A DNA stretch of 63,951 bases, filler included. It is 4 parts of 4 records of this genome, joined end to end, with 100 filler letters (N's around TTAATTAATTAA, not from the genome) between each part and the next. Parts side by side here need not be neighbours in the genome. Positions count along the whole stretch, not along the records: positions 15,383 to 33,601 come from SRR22947727_3430; 3 more parts are not named here. One strand, 5' to 3'. Position 1 is the stretch's first letter; each line of letters begins with the position of its first letter. Below, one piece after another: positions 19,602-29,081 of the stretch. Made by a program: the position numbers and the translations under genes. The notes below the pieces were generated by a model. The model was not told the DNA's origin and searched no databases. It saw only the letters and a list, made by a program, of their open reading frames with translations.

Positions 19602-20639
19602 CTATTGCCAGCCGGCGCGGTCAAACACCATGATCGCCGTCGACTGATGGATACCCAACTCAGTGGCGTTGAGTTGATCTTCTTTGAATGCTCCCAGCGC
19701 AGCCACCGTGGAAGAAGCGCCCACGCTGGGTACCGCCGGATATTCGTTGTTGCCATCGGCAAATAACGATTGCGCTCGCTCGCTCGTCAAGTACTCAAGA
19801 AATCGAATCGCGTTATCTCGGTTTGGCGAGGTACTGACCACACCAGCGCCACTGATGTTCACATGCGTTCCGTTGCCCTGCTGACCCGGGAACACAATGC
19901 CCACCGCTGCGGCGACCGCCAGATCCGCTGGGTCATCAGACGCGGCCAAGCGGGCGAGGTAGTAGGTATTTACCACTGCGATCTGACACTCGCCGCTGGC
20001 GACCGCACGGATCTGCCCTGTGTCGTTACTTTGCGGCGTTCGCGCAAAATTGCGGACAACCCCCGCCGCCCATAACTCCGCCGCCGCTTCACCCAGATGC
20101 GCCACCATGCTCGCCATCAGTGACACGTTGTAGATGTTACTGGAAGAGCGAATGCACACCTTGCCCTCATGCAGGGGGTCCGCGAGATCAGTGTAATCAG
20201 CAAGCGGGGTCGGTAACCCCGCCGCTCGGTTATAAATAATCACCCGCGCCCGCTTGGATAAACCAATCCACAGCCCGTCAGGATGTCTCATGTTCTCAGG
20301 CAGTCGCTCAGCGAGTAACGCAGAGTCCACTGCTTGGAAGATCCCCGCTTGCTCAGCCCGCCACAACCTACCTGCGTCGACGGTGATCAAAAGATCGGCA
20401 GGGCTGGACTCGCCCTCACTTTGAATACGTGCAATCAGCTCATCGGCTCCCGCCTCAATCCGATTGACCTGAATCCCTGTGTCCCGAGTAAAGTCATCGT
20501 AGAGGGCGAGATCCGTGTCGTAATGCCGGGAGGAATAGAGATTCACCTCGCCGGCGAGGTCTTGCGGGTCACTGCTATCGCAAGCGGTCAGTGACAGTAG
20601 TGCTATCCAGCAGACAGCGACCCTCGATAAAGTACGCAT
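19602..20639 (-). CDS. Fe(III) ABC transporter substrate-binding lipoprotein (FutA/FbpA-like)
   Basis: Lipobox LTAC; YSSRHY, twin-Tyr NTYYL, HVNISG, NNEYP. Confidence 0.93.
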   Translation of the reverse strand: MRTLSRVAVCWIALLSLTACDSSDPQDLAGEVNLYSSRHYDTDLALYDDFTRDTGIQVNRIEAGADELIARIQSEGESSPADLLITVDAGRLWRAEQAGIFQAVDSALLAERLPENMRHPDGLWIGLSKRARVIIYNRAAGLPTPLADYTDLADPLHEGKVCIRSSSNIYNVSLMASMVAHLGEAAAELWAAGVVRNFARTPQSNDTGQIRAVASGECQIAVVNTYYLARLAASDDPADLAVAAAVGIVFPGQQGNGTHVNISGAGVVSTSPNRDNAIRFLEYLTSERAQSLFADGNNEYPAVPSVGASSTVAALGAFKEDQLNATELGIHQSTAIMVFDRAGWQ

Positions 20640-20686
20640 ACAGTTAGCCTTTATTGTGCACAGTAAGACGGTGTGGAGTGATAAAT

Positions 20687-20705
20687 GGTAATGAGAATCA
20701 TTCTA
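20687..20705. promoter_or_regulatory. Fur box
   Basis: GGTAATGAGAATCATTCTA matches the GATAATGATAATCATTATC consensus at 15/19, 48 bp upstream of the Fe(III)-binding gene. Confidence 0.82.
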
Positions 20706-20709
20706 TTTA

Positions 20710-21750
20710 TCAACCCTGTGATGCGGGACTGGCAAAAACCTTGCCCACCTTGGGCGTCACACGAACACGCATACCTGCCGATAACGACCGGCCTTCCACT
20801 CTCAGGCAATCCAAAAAGGTAATGGCATCGCCCTCCCGCGTTTTAAGATAGAGACGATCCAGTCTTCCCACAGCCCTCACCTCGTTAATAAGCAGTCCTT
20901 GCGGATCGGACTCGACCAACAAGTGATCGGCATCCACGACCAGCTTGAGGGCGCCGCTTGATATCGTCGGATCGATCAAGGCCGAACGATCCCAATCCCC
21001 CACCGCCGTTGTGATCATATTGTCTTGCAGTATGGCGTCAAAAATCTGCGGCTCACCAAACAGTTCCGCGCCATAAGTCGATCTCGGTGCGTCGAATATT
21101 CTCTGAGGCGCACCCGCTTCAACGAGCCCACCGTTATCGAGGACCACCACGTGGTCCGCCACTGTCAGCACCTCATCAGGATCGTGGGTCACCAATAAAC
21201 CGATCGAGTCTGTTTGCCGGATAATCTGTCGGGCATCCTCGCGCAGTGCTCGGCGAAACGGCACATCCAAATTGGCATAGGGCTCATCGAATAGCAGCAC
21301 GCGCGGCTCTGGCGCCAAGGCGCGAGCCAAGGCAATACGCTGACGCTGCCCCCCGGACAAACTCTCTGGATACCGATGGGCAAAGTCGGGCAAACCCACC
21401 CGACGAAGCCAGTCCAAAGCGATCTCATGGGCGCCTTTTTTCGGCAACCCAAATGCAATGTTGTCGGCGACCGTCATGTGAGGAAACAACGCGCCTTCTT
21501 GAAATACCATCCCCACGGAGCGTTGCTCTGGCGGCAATCGCCTTGAGGGACTGGCGAGCGATTCGCCATCCAGCGTGATTTGCCCAGACTGTAGCGTCAA
21601 TAAACCCGCCACCAATCGGAGCAAAGTGGTCTTACCACAACCCGACGGCCCGATTAAGCAGGTGATGTTGCCGCTATCGCACTGAAGCGAAATATCGTTG
21701 AGCACCACGTTGTCGTTAAATCGGTGCGATACTTTGTCAATTACGAGCAT
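20710..21750 (-). CDS. Fe(III) ABC transporter ATP-binding protein (FbpC-like)
   Basis: GPSGCGKT, LSGGQRQR, FDEP, VTHD. Confidence 0.92.
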   Translation of the reverse strand: MLVIDKVSHRFNDNVVLNDISLQCDSGNITCLIGPSGCGKTTLLRLVAGLLTLQSGQITLDGESLASPSRRLPPEQRSVGMVFQEGALFPHMTVADNIAFGLPKKGAHEIALDWLRRVGLPDFAHRYPESLSGGQRQRIALARALAPEPRVLLFDEPYANLDVPFRRALREDARQIIRQTDSIGLLVTHDPDEVLTVADHVVVLDNGGLVEAGAPQRIFDAPRSTYGAELFGEPQIFDAILQDNMITTAVGDWDRSALIDPTISSGALKLVVDADHLLVESDPQGLLINEVRAVGRLDRLYLKTREGDAITFLDCLRVEGRSLSAGMRVRVTPKVGKVFASPASQG

Positions 21751-21790
21751 CTGGATACACTACCACTTGAAAGACAGCACGCGACAGTCT

Positions 21791-23413
21791 ATGCGGAATC
21801 CATTACTGCGATCTAGCGCTCTTTGGGCATTACCCGCTTGGTTGATGGCCGGCTTGGTAGCGGTGCCCATTGTGGTCACACTGCTGTCCATCACTGGCTC
21901 GCCGACGCCGGTGTGGAGCCACCTCAAGGCAACGGTGCTCAGCGAGTACGTCGCAAATTCGCTTATTTTAATGGGGCTTACTGCCACGTTCTCGCTCATC
22001 CTGGGCGTCTCTACTGGCTGGCTGATTGGCGCTTGCTCATTTAAAGGGCAGCGCACCTTATCGTGGCTACTGATGCTCCCATTGTCGGCACCTGCTTACA
22101 TTGTGGCTTATGTGTATACCGATCTGCTTGAAGTGTCCGGCCCGGTGCAGAGTGCGCTGCGGTCATGGCTGTCTCTGGGAATCGGCGAGCTGCAATTGCC
22201 ATCGATCCGCACCTTGCCAGGCGCCGCAGTATTACTCTCTCTGGTGCTCTATCCCTATATTTATCTGCTCGCTCGCAATAGTTTTGCGGGGCGCTCAGGC
22301 ACTCAATTTGACGCTGCCAGACTGCTGGGGCACGGCCCCTACAGCGCGTTTTTTCGCATTGCACTCCCTGCCGCCCGACCCGCCATCATCGGCGGTCTCG
22401 CGCTGGTGTTAATGGAAACACTAGCCGATTTTGGGGTGGTCAGTTACTTCTCAGTTCCCACTTTCTCAACCGGCATTTACCGAACGTGGATTGGACTGGG
22501 CGATAGTGGGGCGGCACTCAAGCTTGCGTCGCTCATGCTGTTATTTGTGATCGCCCTGATTGGAATGGAGGAGACTAGCCGCCGTAGCGCGGTCGATCGC
22601 AGCGATCTCTCACGTGCCACCCCTATCTCACTCACAGGCGGGCGCGCCCTCCTTGCATTGACAGTTTGTAGCGTCCCCGTCTTATTGGGATTTTTGGTGC
22701 CCGTCTGCAGACTCGCGATTTATGCGATTGAACATTGGCACCTGTCGTCGAACAGGCACTTTGGCGCTCTGGTGTTCAACAGCACCTCACTGGCCATCGC
22801 AACCGGCGTGATGGCCACGATGATTGCGTGGGGATTAGCGTACTTAAAGCGCCTCAACCCCAGTCCACTCAATTACGGTCTGATCCGCCTATCCACCTTG
22901 GGGTACGCGCTGCCAGGTATCTTGCTGGCGCTCGCCATCCTGGACGCGTCAGGTACATTAGCTCAGTGGTGGCCAGCGGGGGCTCGCTGGATACTTTCGG
23001 GTGGGATAGCACTGCTGCTCTACGCGTATGTGTGTCGCTTTCTTACAGTTGCTTATCAGTCGGTGGATGCGGGATTTTCTGGCATTTCACCCGATATCGA
23101 TGCCGCCGCCAGAACATTGGGTGCCGCACCGAGTCAGATACTGTGGCGCATTCATTTACCACTGCTGCGACCCAGTATTCTCGCTGCCAGCCTGCTTGTG
23201 TTTGTCGATGTCATGCGCGAGCTCCCCGCGACACTCATATTGCGGCCCTTCAATTTCGATACACTCGCCACGCGCGTGTATCGATTAGCCAGCGATGAGC
23301 GCTTGGCCGATGCTTCGCTACCTGCCATCGTGATTGTATTGGTGGGAGTGATCCCGGTGCTGTTGTTGCAGCGATCCAGTGTGCGTCGACCGACGATCAC
23401 CCCCTCACCCTAA
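21791..23413 (+). CDS. Fe(III) ABC transporter permease (FbpB-like)
   Basis: Duplicated permease domains; LMETLADFG, MRELPATLILRPFNFDTLA; start set at MRNP. Confidence 0.92.
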   Translation: MRNPLLRSSALWALPAWLMAGLVAVPIVVTLLSITGSPTPVWSHLKATVLSEYVANSLILMGLTATFSLILGVSTGWLIGACSFKGQRTLSWLLMLPLSAPAYIVAYVYTDLLEVSGPVQSALRSWLSLGIGELQLPSIRTLPGAAVLLSLVLYPYIYLLARNSFAGRSGTQFDAARLLGHGPYSAFFRIALPAARPAIIGGLALVLMETLADFGVVSYFSVPTFSTGIYRTWIGLGDSGAALKLASLMLLFVIALIGMEETSRRSAVDRSDLSRATPISLTGGRALLALTVCSVPVLLGFLVPVCRLAIYAIEHWHLSSNRHFGALVFNSTSLAIATGVMATMIAWGLAYLKRLNPSPLNYGLIRLSTLGYALPGILLALAILDASGTLAQWWPAGARWILSGGIALLLYAYVCRFLTVAYQSVDAGFSGISPDIDAAARTLGAAPSQILWRIHLPLLRPSILAASLLVFVDVMRELPATLILRPFNFDTLATRVYRLASDERLADASLPAIVIVLVGVIPVLLLQRSSVRRPTITPSP

Positions 23414-23617
23414 ACTTCTTTTACTGAAGAGGATGGCGCGCCTGCGGCATCACGCCTTGTTGGCGCAATGATCGCGACGACCACTCCGCCCTGATGGCGC
23501 GGCAACCGAGGGTGTCTGTTTTTATCAATCACGCCTTCTGCCCGCAACAGCGATGTTGATCAGTTGGTCAAAGCCCCCCTGCGTCGACGCAGGCTTTTTG
23601 TTATTCGCTGCGGTTTT

Positions 23618-24463
23618 TTATTCACCCGCGGTTTTTTTGACAGGCAGTAAGGCGTCGTACTCAGGCTTCTCGCCCTGAGCCTGAGCCATATAAGAAGTGC
23701 GGATGGCCTCACCATCGAGCATCGCCGCATTCCAGGTGGCGATATAATCAAGACCATCAGCTGTGGTGTGATCGCGGGCATAATTGACCATACGCTTAGC
23801 ACCCGACACGGCAAGCGGCGCGTGCCCGGCAATCTGCTTAGCAATAGTCATAACCGCCTCGAGCATCTCTTCTGCCGTATCATAAACCTCATTAACAAGG
23901 CCAATCTCGCGCGCCTTGTCGGCACTGACGCGCTCAGCGGTATAGGACATTTGCCGCGCCCAGCCCTCAGGAATGAGCTTCACCAAGCGTGGGTAAGTGC
24001 CCACATCTGCCGTCATACCAATCGCAGTCTCATGAACCGAGAAAAAAGCATCTTTCGTGGCATAGCGGCAGTCACACGCGGTGATCAGATCCATGGCGCC
24101 ACCGACTGCCGCGCCTTGAATAGCCACCAATACCGGCATGCGCGCCTCTTCTAAACAACTAAACGCATCTTGCAGTGCCATGCAGTGGTGACGAAACGCT
24201 TCGGCGCGAACGAAACGACTGTCGCTATCAGCGCCGTCTAACCCCCCGTCCATGAAGACCGCAATGTCCATACCGGAGGAAAAATGTCGGCCTTCGGCGG
24301 AGAGCACAATGACCCGCGCTTCCGCCTCTCTAGAGAGCGCATTCACCGCGTCGGGAAGCTCTGTCCAGAAAGAGGGAATCATGGAGTTCGCTTTCTCAGG
24401 GCGGTTAAAGCGAATATGCGCGATGCCCTCGGCAACGGTGAGATCAAAACATTCGTAACTCAT
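23618..24463 (-). CDS. Enoyl-CoA hydratase/isomerase (crotonase) family protein
   Basis: FSSGMD, QGAAVGGA, ACDCRYA, ETAIGMTADVG; start set at MSYECF. Confidence 0.92.
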   Translation of the reverse strand: MSYECFDLTVAEGIAHIRFNRPEKANSMIPSFWTELPDAVNALSREAEARVIVLSAEGRHFSSGMDIAVFMDGGLDGADSDSRFVRAEAFRHHCMALQDAFSCLEEARMPVLVAIQGAAVGGAMDLITACDCRYATKDAFFSVHETAIGMTADVGTYPRLVKLIPEGWARQMSYTAERVSADKAREIGLVNEVYDTAEEMLEAVMTIAKQIAGHAPLAVSGAKRMVNYARDHTTADGLDYIATWNAAMLDGEAIRTSYMAQAQGEKPEYDALLPVKKTAGE

Positions 24464-24836
24464 GACTTTTTCCTCATTGTGATTCACGTCATTGCTCAAA
24501 GCGGCATCCGCACAAGAGCCGGCATCGTGAACACGGTGACAATCTCCACGGTCAGGTGCAGGCAACACAACAGGTCATCGTCAGTGCCACCCTTCTCTGG
24601 ACAGGCCGGCACTTTCTTCGCCCTAGCGAGTGCCATCAACTGCGTATTAAACGTTCAAACCCTCGACGTCGCAACATTACCCAAGCAAAGCTCACTTGCG
24701 GTATAGCAGCTCGGAACCCTGTGGCATCCCCTTAGCGAATTGTTCTGAGCACCTGCATCGACGCTTGTTAGACTCGATCAACTGAGGCTCGCGCTATTGC
24801 TTCGCAATCGTCGCAATAGCAATATTAAGTCCATGC

Positions 24837-24935
24837 TCAAGCGCGCTGATTGATGAGCTTAGCGTAGCATTGATCGAGCCAAGCTTTGAGCGTGCCGGCT
24901 AAGCCGGAAAACCAATACCAAACAAAACGCGATTC
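24837..24935 (-). pseudogene. Possible remnant of a flavodoxin-fold NAD(P)H:quinone reductase
   Basis: VWYWFSGLAGTLKAWLDQCY resembles the PxWWxxxPxxLKxWxD motif; no full ORF. Confidence 0.4.
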
Positions 24936-24940
24936 GAACT

Positions 24941-25999
24941 TTGTGGGAATATAGGCGCGTGAAAAAGACTCAACACTGTGACAGAGCACTGACCACATGG
25001 CTGTTTGTGCTGACATGCTCAAGCTTCCTGGGGGCGAGCGCTGTCTGCGCTAATAAGGGGCCCGATGTCGACTTTGGCGGCTTTTTCTTCGGGGATTTCT
25101 ATCACATCCCCAGCCACCACACTGATGAGGGCGACGGCGCGTCGGGTGCGGTCCTACGCCGACTGCTGCTTGCCGCGGATAGCACGTTCAGCGAGAAGTG
25201 GTCTGGAAGAGCTCGGTTTGAGGCCTATCACGAGGGTGCGTTTGAAAATTACACAATGACGCATCGGATTCTCGACTTAGGTTTAACGACAAAGCTGGGG
25301 GCTCACCAGTTGTCCGGCGGACTCATTCCGACCATCACCTACGACGTGTTGGAAGCGTTTTGGGGCAAGCGCTACTTGGTGCGCACCGCGCCAGATATAC
25401 AAGGCATTGCAGCCCGTGATGTGGGCTTGAAGTTGATGGGGCCCTTACCGGTTGCGGAGGGCTTGAGCTACCGGATGATGTATGGCGCTAAAGCTAGCTG
25501 GGAGGCTGACAAAAACCCTTTTGACAAAACGATGGGCGGTATCACCTGGCAGGGATCGACAGGTTTTTTAATCGACGCCTATGTCGACTGGGAATCGCGA
25601 CCGGGGCCTTATGATCGATCCACCGTGCAATTCCTGGTCGGTAAAAAGACTGAGCAGTACACCTTGGGTTTGGAATATCTCAATCAGGATCGAGGCGAGG
25701 ATCCGGATCTTGAACTCGCCACGTTGATGGGAGTCATCAAGTTAGGGGGGCCATGGAGTGCAATGGTTCAGCTGCATCGCCTGTTCAAACCCAGCGTGAA
25801 AGGCAATGACATCGCCTACATCCCTTTTGATCCCACTGCGAAAGCGACCAATCTGGTAGCCGGCGTGGAATATCGCTTCAATTCACAGTTTACCCTGAGT
25901 CCCAATATTGTTTGGACCCACTATGGCGTCAATGAACTGGGCGCACAGCCTGACGATGATGTCCATCTGCGGCTGACCTTTTATGTGAACTTTGAGTAG
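24941..25999 (+). CDS. Putative outer-membrane beta-barrel (porin-like) protein
   Basis: Signal-like N-terminus, amphipathic beta strands, C-terminal LTFYVNFE; start uncertain. Confidence 0.7.
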   Translation: MWEYRRVKKTQHCDRALTTWLFVLTCSSFLGASAVCANKGPDVDFGGFFFGDFYHIPSHHTDEGDGASGAVLRRLLLAADSTFSEKWSGRARFEAYHEGAFENYTMTHRILDLGLTTKLGAHQLSGGLIPTITYDVLEAFWGKRYLVRTAPDIQGIAARDVGLKLMGPLPVAEGLSYRMMYGAKASWEADKNPFDKTMGGITWQGSTGFLIDAYVDWESRPGPYDRSTVQFLVGKKTEQYTLGLEYLNQDRGEDPDLELATLMGVIKLGGPWSAMVQLHRLFKPSVKGNDIAYIPFDPTAKATNLVAGVEYRFNSQFTLSPNIVWTHYGVNELGAQPDDDVHLRLTFYVNFE

Positions 26000-26262
26000 C
26001 TTTATAAGCACTTAGAGTGAGTAGCGGCAACGCAAACCCTGCTTGGAGTGCCGCTTTAAACCTCACATTTTCAGGTCAGTGAGCGCTCCGCTTTGCAGGC
26101 CCCCGACACGGGGACAGGCGACCGCTGAGTCGTCCACTTAAAAATCGAAGGGGGATTCGGCGCCATACAGGCGCGGGGTATTCAGAAGTGACATGGAGTT
26201 TCCCGCAGTGAGGGGCCAGTGACAGCTGCGACACGCCCTTTATCAACTAGGCCTCGCCGCCC

Positions 26263-26439
26263 TCAAGCGGGCTGAGGTGCGTCCTCAGCCAATACCAACT
26301 CACGAACCACTTCTAGCGCCTTGATCAAGTCACGATCATCTCTGAACCTTTCCCATCGACACAGCAAGTTTAGGATTTGATCTTTTAGAAATTGCACTTC
26401 CATTGACAACAACGTGTCTCGAACTTGGTCGGCGTTCAT
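26263..26439 (-). CDS. Small hypothetical protein
   Basis: RBS-like GAGGGAG before MNADQVR; amphipathic helical. Confidence 0.55.
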   Translation of the reverse strand: MNADQVRDTLLSMEVQFLKDQILNLLCRWERFRDDRDLIKALEVVRELVLAEDAPQPA

Positions 26440-26637
26440 ACTAGGCTCCCTCAGACGCCAGCGCGCCACCCTTGTACTGTAGACTCTTTTCAATCACGTC
26501 AACAGCGATATCTTCTCGTTTTGTTTTCGGTCCGCAGTAATTCTCGCAGCGATAGTTCAGGGCTCATAAGGAGAGAAACCGATTTTTAGCGGCGCTACGC
26601 GGGGTCGACCCGCGGACATCACCACTAAGGCCAGACG

Positions 26638-27435
26638 TTAGGAATGTAAAAAACCACCGTCAATCACAGACGACTCCCCCGTTATCATCGACGCCTCGTC
26701 TGACCCAAGAAAAGCGAGTAGTGCGGCCACTTCTGATGGTGTGACGTAACGACCCAGAGGTGCCCGCTGATTATAGTTATTTTTAAATTCATCAGCGCTC
26801 GCTGCGACGCCGATCGAGACAGATTGATCTTCTATTTTTCTGATCATCGAGGTCTCGACTATGCCAGGACAAATGCAGTTAACGCGTATATTGAGGTGAG
26901 CCATTTCGACAGCGGCTGTTTTAGTCATCCCGACCACTGCATGCTTGCTCGCTCCGTAGCCAAATAATGTTGGCGTGGCCGTTAATCCTGCTGCCGAGGC
27001 AGTATTGATGATAACGCCGCCGCCGCGCGCCTGCATGGCAGGTTTGGTACAACGCATTCCTAACCACACACTCTTTATATTGATTCGAAACAGGTCATCA
27101 AAGACGTGCTCATCTAAGTCCTCCAGCGGCGCAACCTGCCCCATGATGCCTGCGTTATTAAAAAGAAGATCTATGCCGCCAAAGGTCGCCACTGCCTCAT
27201 CAACATATTGCTGCACCTGAGAGGCGTCGCCTACGTCTGCGATGACACTATGCACAGCACCTCCCGCTCCTTCCACAAGTTCGGCCGTTTCAACTATGGC
27301 CGTCTTATCCAGGTCAACCGCCACTATCGAGGCACCTTCACTAGCCAGTCGCACACAGGCTGCTCGACCTATTCCACCGCCGGCGCCAGTAATAACGGCC
27401 ACTTTGTTCGCGTACCGTGACTGCAATGGGTTCAT
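26638..27435 (-). CDS. SDR family oxidoreductase
   Basis: TGAGGGIG, NNAG, YGASK, IRVNCICPG; RBS AGGAG before ATG 27435. Confidence 0.93.
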   Translation of the reverse strand: MNPLQSRYANKVAVITGAGGGIGRAACVRLASEGASIVAVDLDKTAIVETAELVEGAGGAVHSVIADVGDASQVQQYVDEAVATFGGIDLLFNNAGIMGQVAPLEDLDEHVFDDLFRINIKSVWLGMRCTKPAMQARGGGVIINTASAAGLTATPTLFGYGASKHAVVGMTKTAAVEMAHLNIRVNCICPGIVETSMIRKIEDQSVSIGVAASADEFKNNYNQRAPLGRYVTPSEVAALLAFLGSDEASMITGESSVIDGGFLHS

Positions 27436-27627
27436 CGTTTTCTCCTGCTCCGCTGCGCTATCAGTGATGCTCACGCAGCGTGCTTTTTAAGTTGAAGGGT
27501 CAACATGGCTGTCGGTTTTAAACACCCTTTCGACAGATCAATCTCGTTAGGTTAATGACGGACAAGCATACCTAAAAGTAAGGTCATTTCCTGCAAGTGA
27601 TCATCAGGATTCGCGGGGCGGCGCAGG

Positions 27628-28422
27628 CTAAATGGGATCGCCACCTAAGACCGCCGGCGTTTCGCAATAAGTCTGCAAGATGTGCCGCTGATGCGCTTCG
27701 ATCCGATGTGACAGCACCTCGGCGATGATCGGAACTTTTGAATTGGCTGCAAAGAACTTCAACATACCTTGGTTTTGCGCTGTCACCGGCATAATCTCTG
27801 GTGGCACTTCGGTAATACACATACTCATCGTCGCCCAGTAGATGTCGGCGGCTGTCAGCGTTTCACCGACAAGGTACTGCGAGCCATGCTCGGCTTGTTT
27901 TTGCAGACGTCGGTCGATTAACCCAATGACCTCGGCGATCTTGGCTGGAGCGGTCGAACTCGCCGCATCGGTGTAGCCATATTTTCGGCCCAAAGGACCA
28001 TCATTCATAATCCGCATATTCCAAACGAGGCCGTCCTCACCCAGAACCACCGCACATAACCCAAACATTTCCACGCGTTGCTCGAAGTCTGCTGGAATCA
28101 ACGCCGGGCTGTTAGCACTGCCAATCTTCTCCGCTAATGCGAGTTGCTCAATCCAAACGTTTCTTGGCCTCTCGTCATTAAAGAACATAGTCGGCAAGCT
28201 GGTTTGGCTAGTCAGCTCATAAAGCCGCTTTTGTCGGTTCTCTCCTGTCTTCTTATCGACACCCATCAGCGGGTGCAGTGCTCTGGTAACAGGAATCTCT
28301 TTAACGAAACAGATATTTTTAAGCGCCTCAGCATAAAGCGCTTGTATGCCCGGAATGAAAGTTATTCGAACCCCCTCTTTCATCGCCGCGGCTTCGTCTA
28401 ACGTGATAAAAGATACCGTCAT
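27628..28422 (-). CDS. Glutathione S-transferase-like protein
   Basis: C-terminal YLVGETLTAADIYWA motif; QTSLPT. Confidence 0.75.
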   Translation of the reverse strand: MTVSFITLDEAAAMKEGVRITFIPGIQALYAEALKNICFVKEIPVTRALHPLMGVDKKTGENRQKRLYELTSQTSLPTMFFNDERPRNVWIEQLALAEKIGSANSPALIPADFEQRVEMFGLCAVVLGEDGLVWNMRIMNDGPLGRKYGYTDAASSTAPAKIAEVIGLIDRRLQKQAEHGSQYLVGETLTAADIYWATMSMCITEVPPEIMPVTAQNQGMLKFFAANSKVPIIAEVLSHRIEAHQRHILQTYCETPAVLGGDPI

Positions 28423-28787
28423 CCTATTCCTTCTTAATGTTGTCTCAGTGCGTTTCTAGAAACGAATCTTACGAGTCGATAAGTCATCATGCAGTGCGGT
28501 CAATCATAGAGTGACACGTATTATTCTCTAACAAGTAGCCCTCGATAACCACGAGTCTGAAACAGCAACGAGAACAACCCCCCTCTAGCGCACTCATCAG
28601 ACCGCAGATACACCCGCTACGCTCGCGAAAGTAGCTCATCATTTGGCATTGAAATGCTCCTGCGCTTGCTCGCCAATTTGCTCGTTTTTATCTTCGCAAT
28701 TGCCCACCCAACTGAACGCGCTTTACTCCCCGTTTCTCGAGTTTTCTCGTTGCGGTACCAACTTGAGATGCCACCATCCAGCGCCAT

Positions 28788-28816
28788 ATTAATGAGAATC
28801 GTTATCACTATATAAT
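28788..28816 (+). promoter_or_regulatory. Fur box followed by a perfect -10 hexamer
   Basis: ATTAATGAGAATCGTTATC (15/19 to consensus) at 28788-28806; TATAAT at 28811-28816. Confidence 0.7.
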
Positions 28817-28821
28817 GAGGG

Positions 28822-28920
28822 GCGCTCAGCGGTAGCGCAACAAAACCGCGACACGTTGCAATCGGACCCTTGAGTCAAATCTCTTTAAACATGATTTTGG
28901 GGTTCCGTTTCATGTTGCAT
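28822..28920 (+). ncRNA. Candidate Fur-repressed sRNA (PrrF-like)
   Basis: No ORF downstream of the Fur box/-10; GCAATCGGACCCTTGAGTCAAATCTC resembles the PrrF core as recalled; ends are estimates. Confidence 0.4.
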
Positions 28921-29081
28921 GGGACACAAGAGCTTGCCTCTAGTACCCAGTAGAATCGGAGCTGAAAGCCAGCCTCACTGTGGTGTAAATCCAATGTTTG
29001 CATTCCGCTTCATTGTTAATCTGCATAATATGTCGGTGGTCTGACTTGCATCGGCGCTAAAGCCTGAGTGTTACGGGAATT

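Noticed and set aside
26000-26260. Cobalamin riboswitch
   Set aside because: Only scattered partial motifs, no complete B12 box architecture and no suitable downstream gene
28617-28808. 63-aa minus-strand ORF
   Set aside because: Starts inside the Fur box, has no RBS or recognisable motif, and is probably spurious
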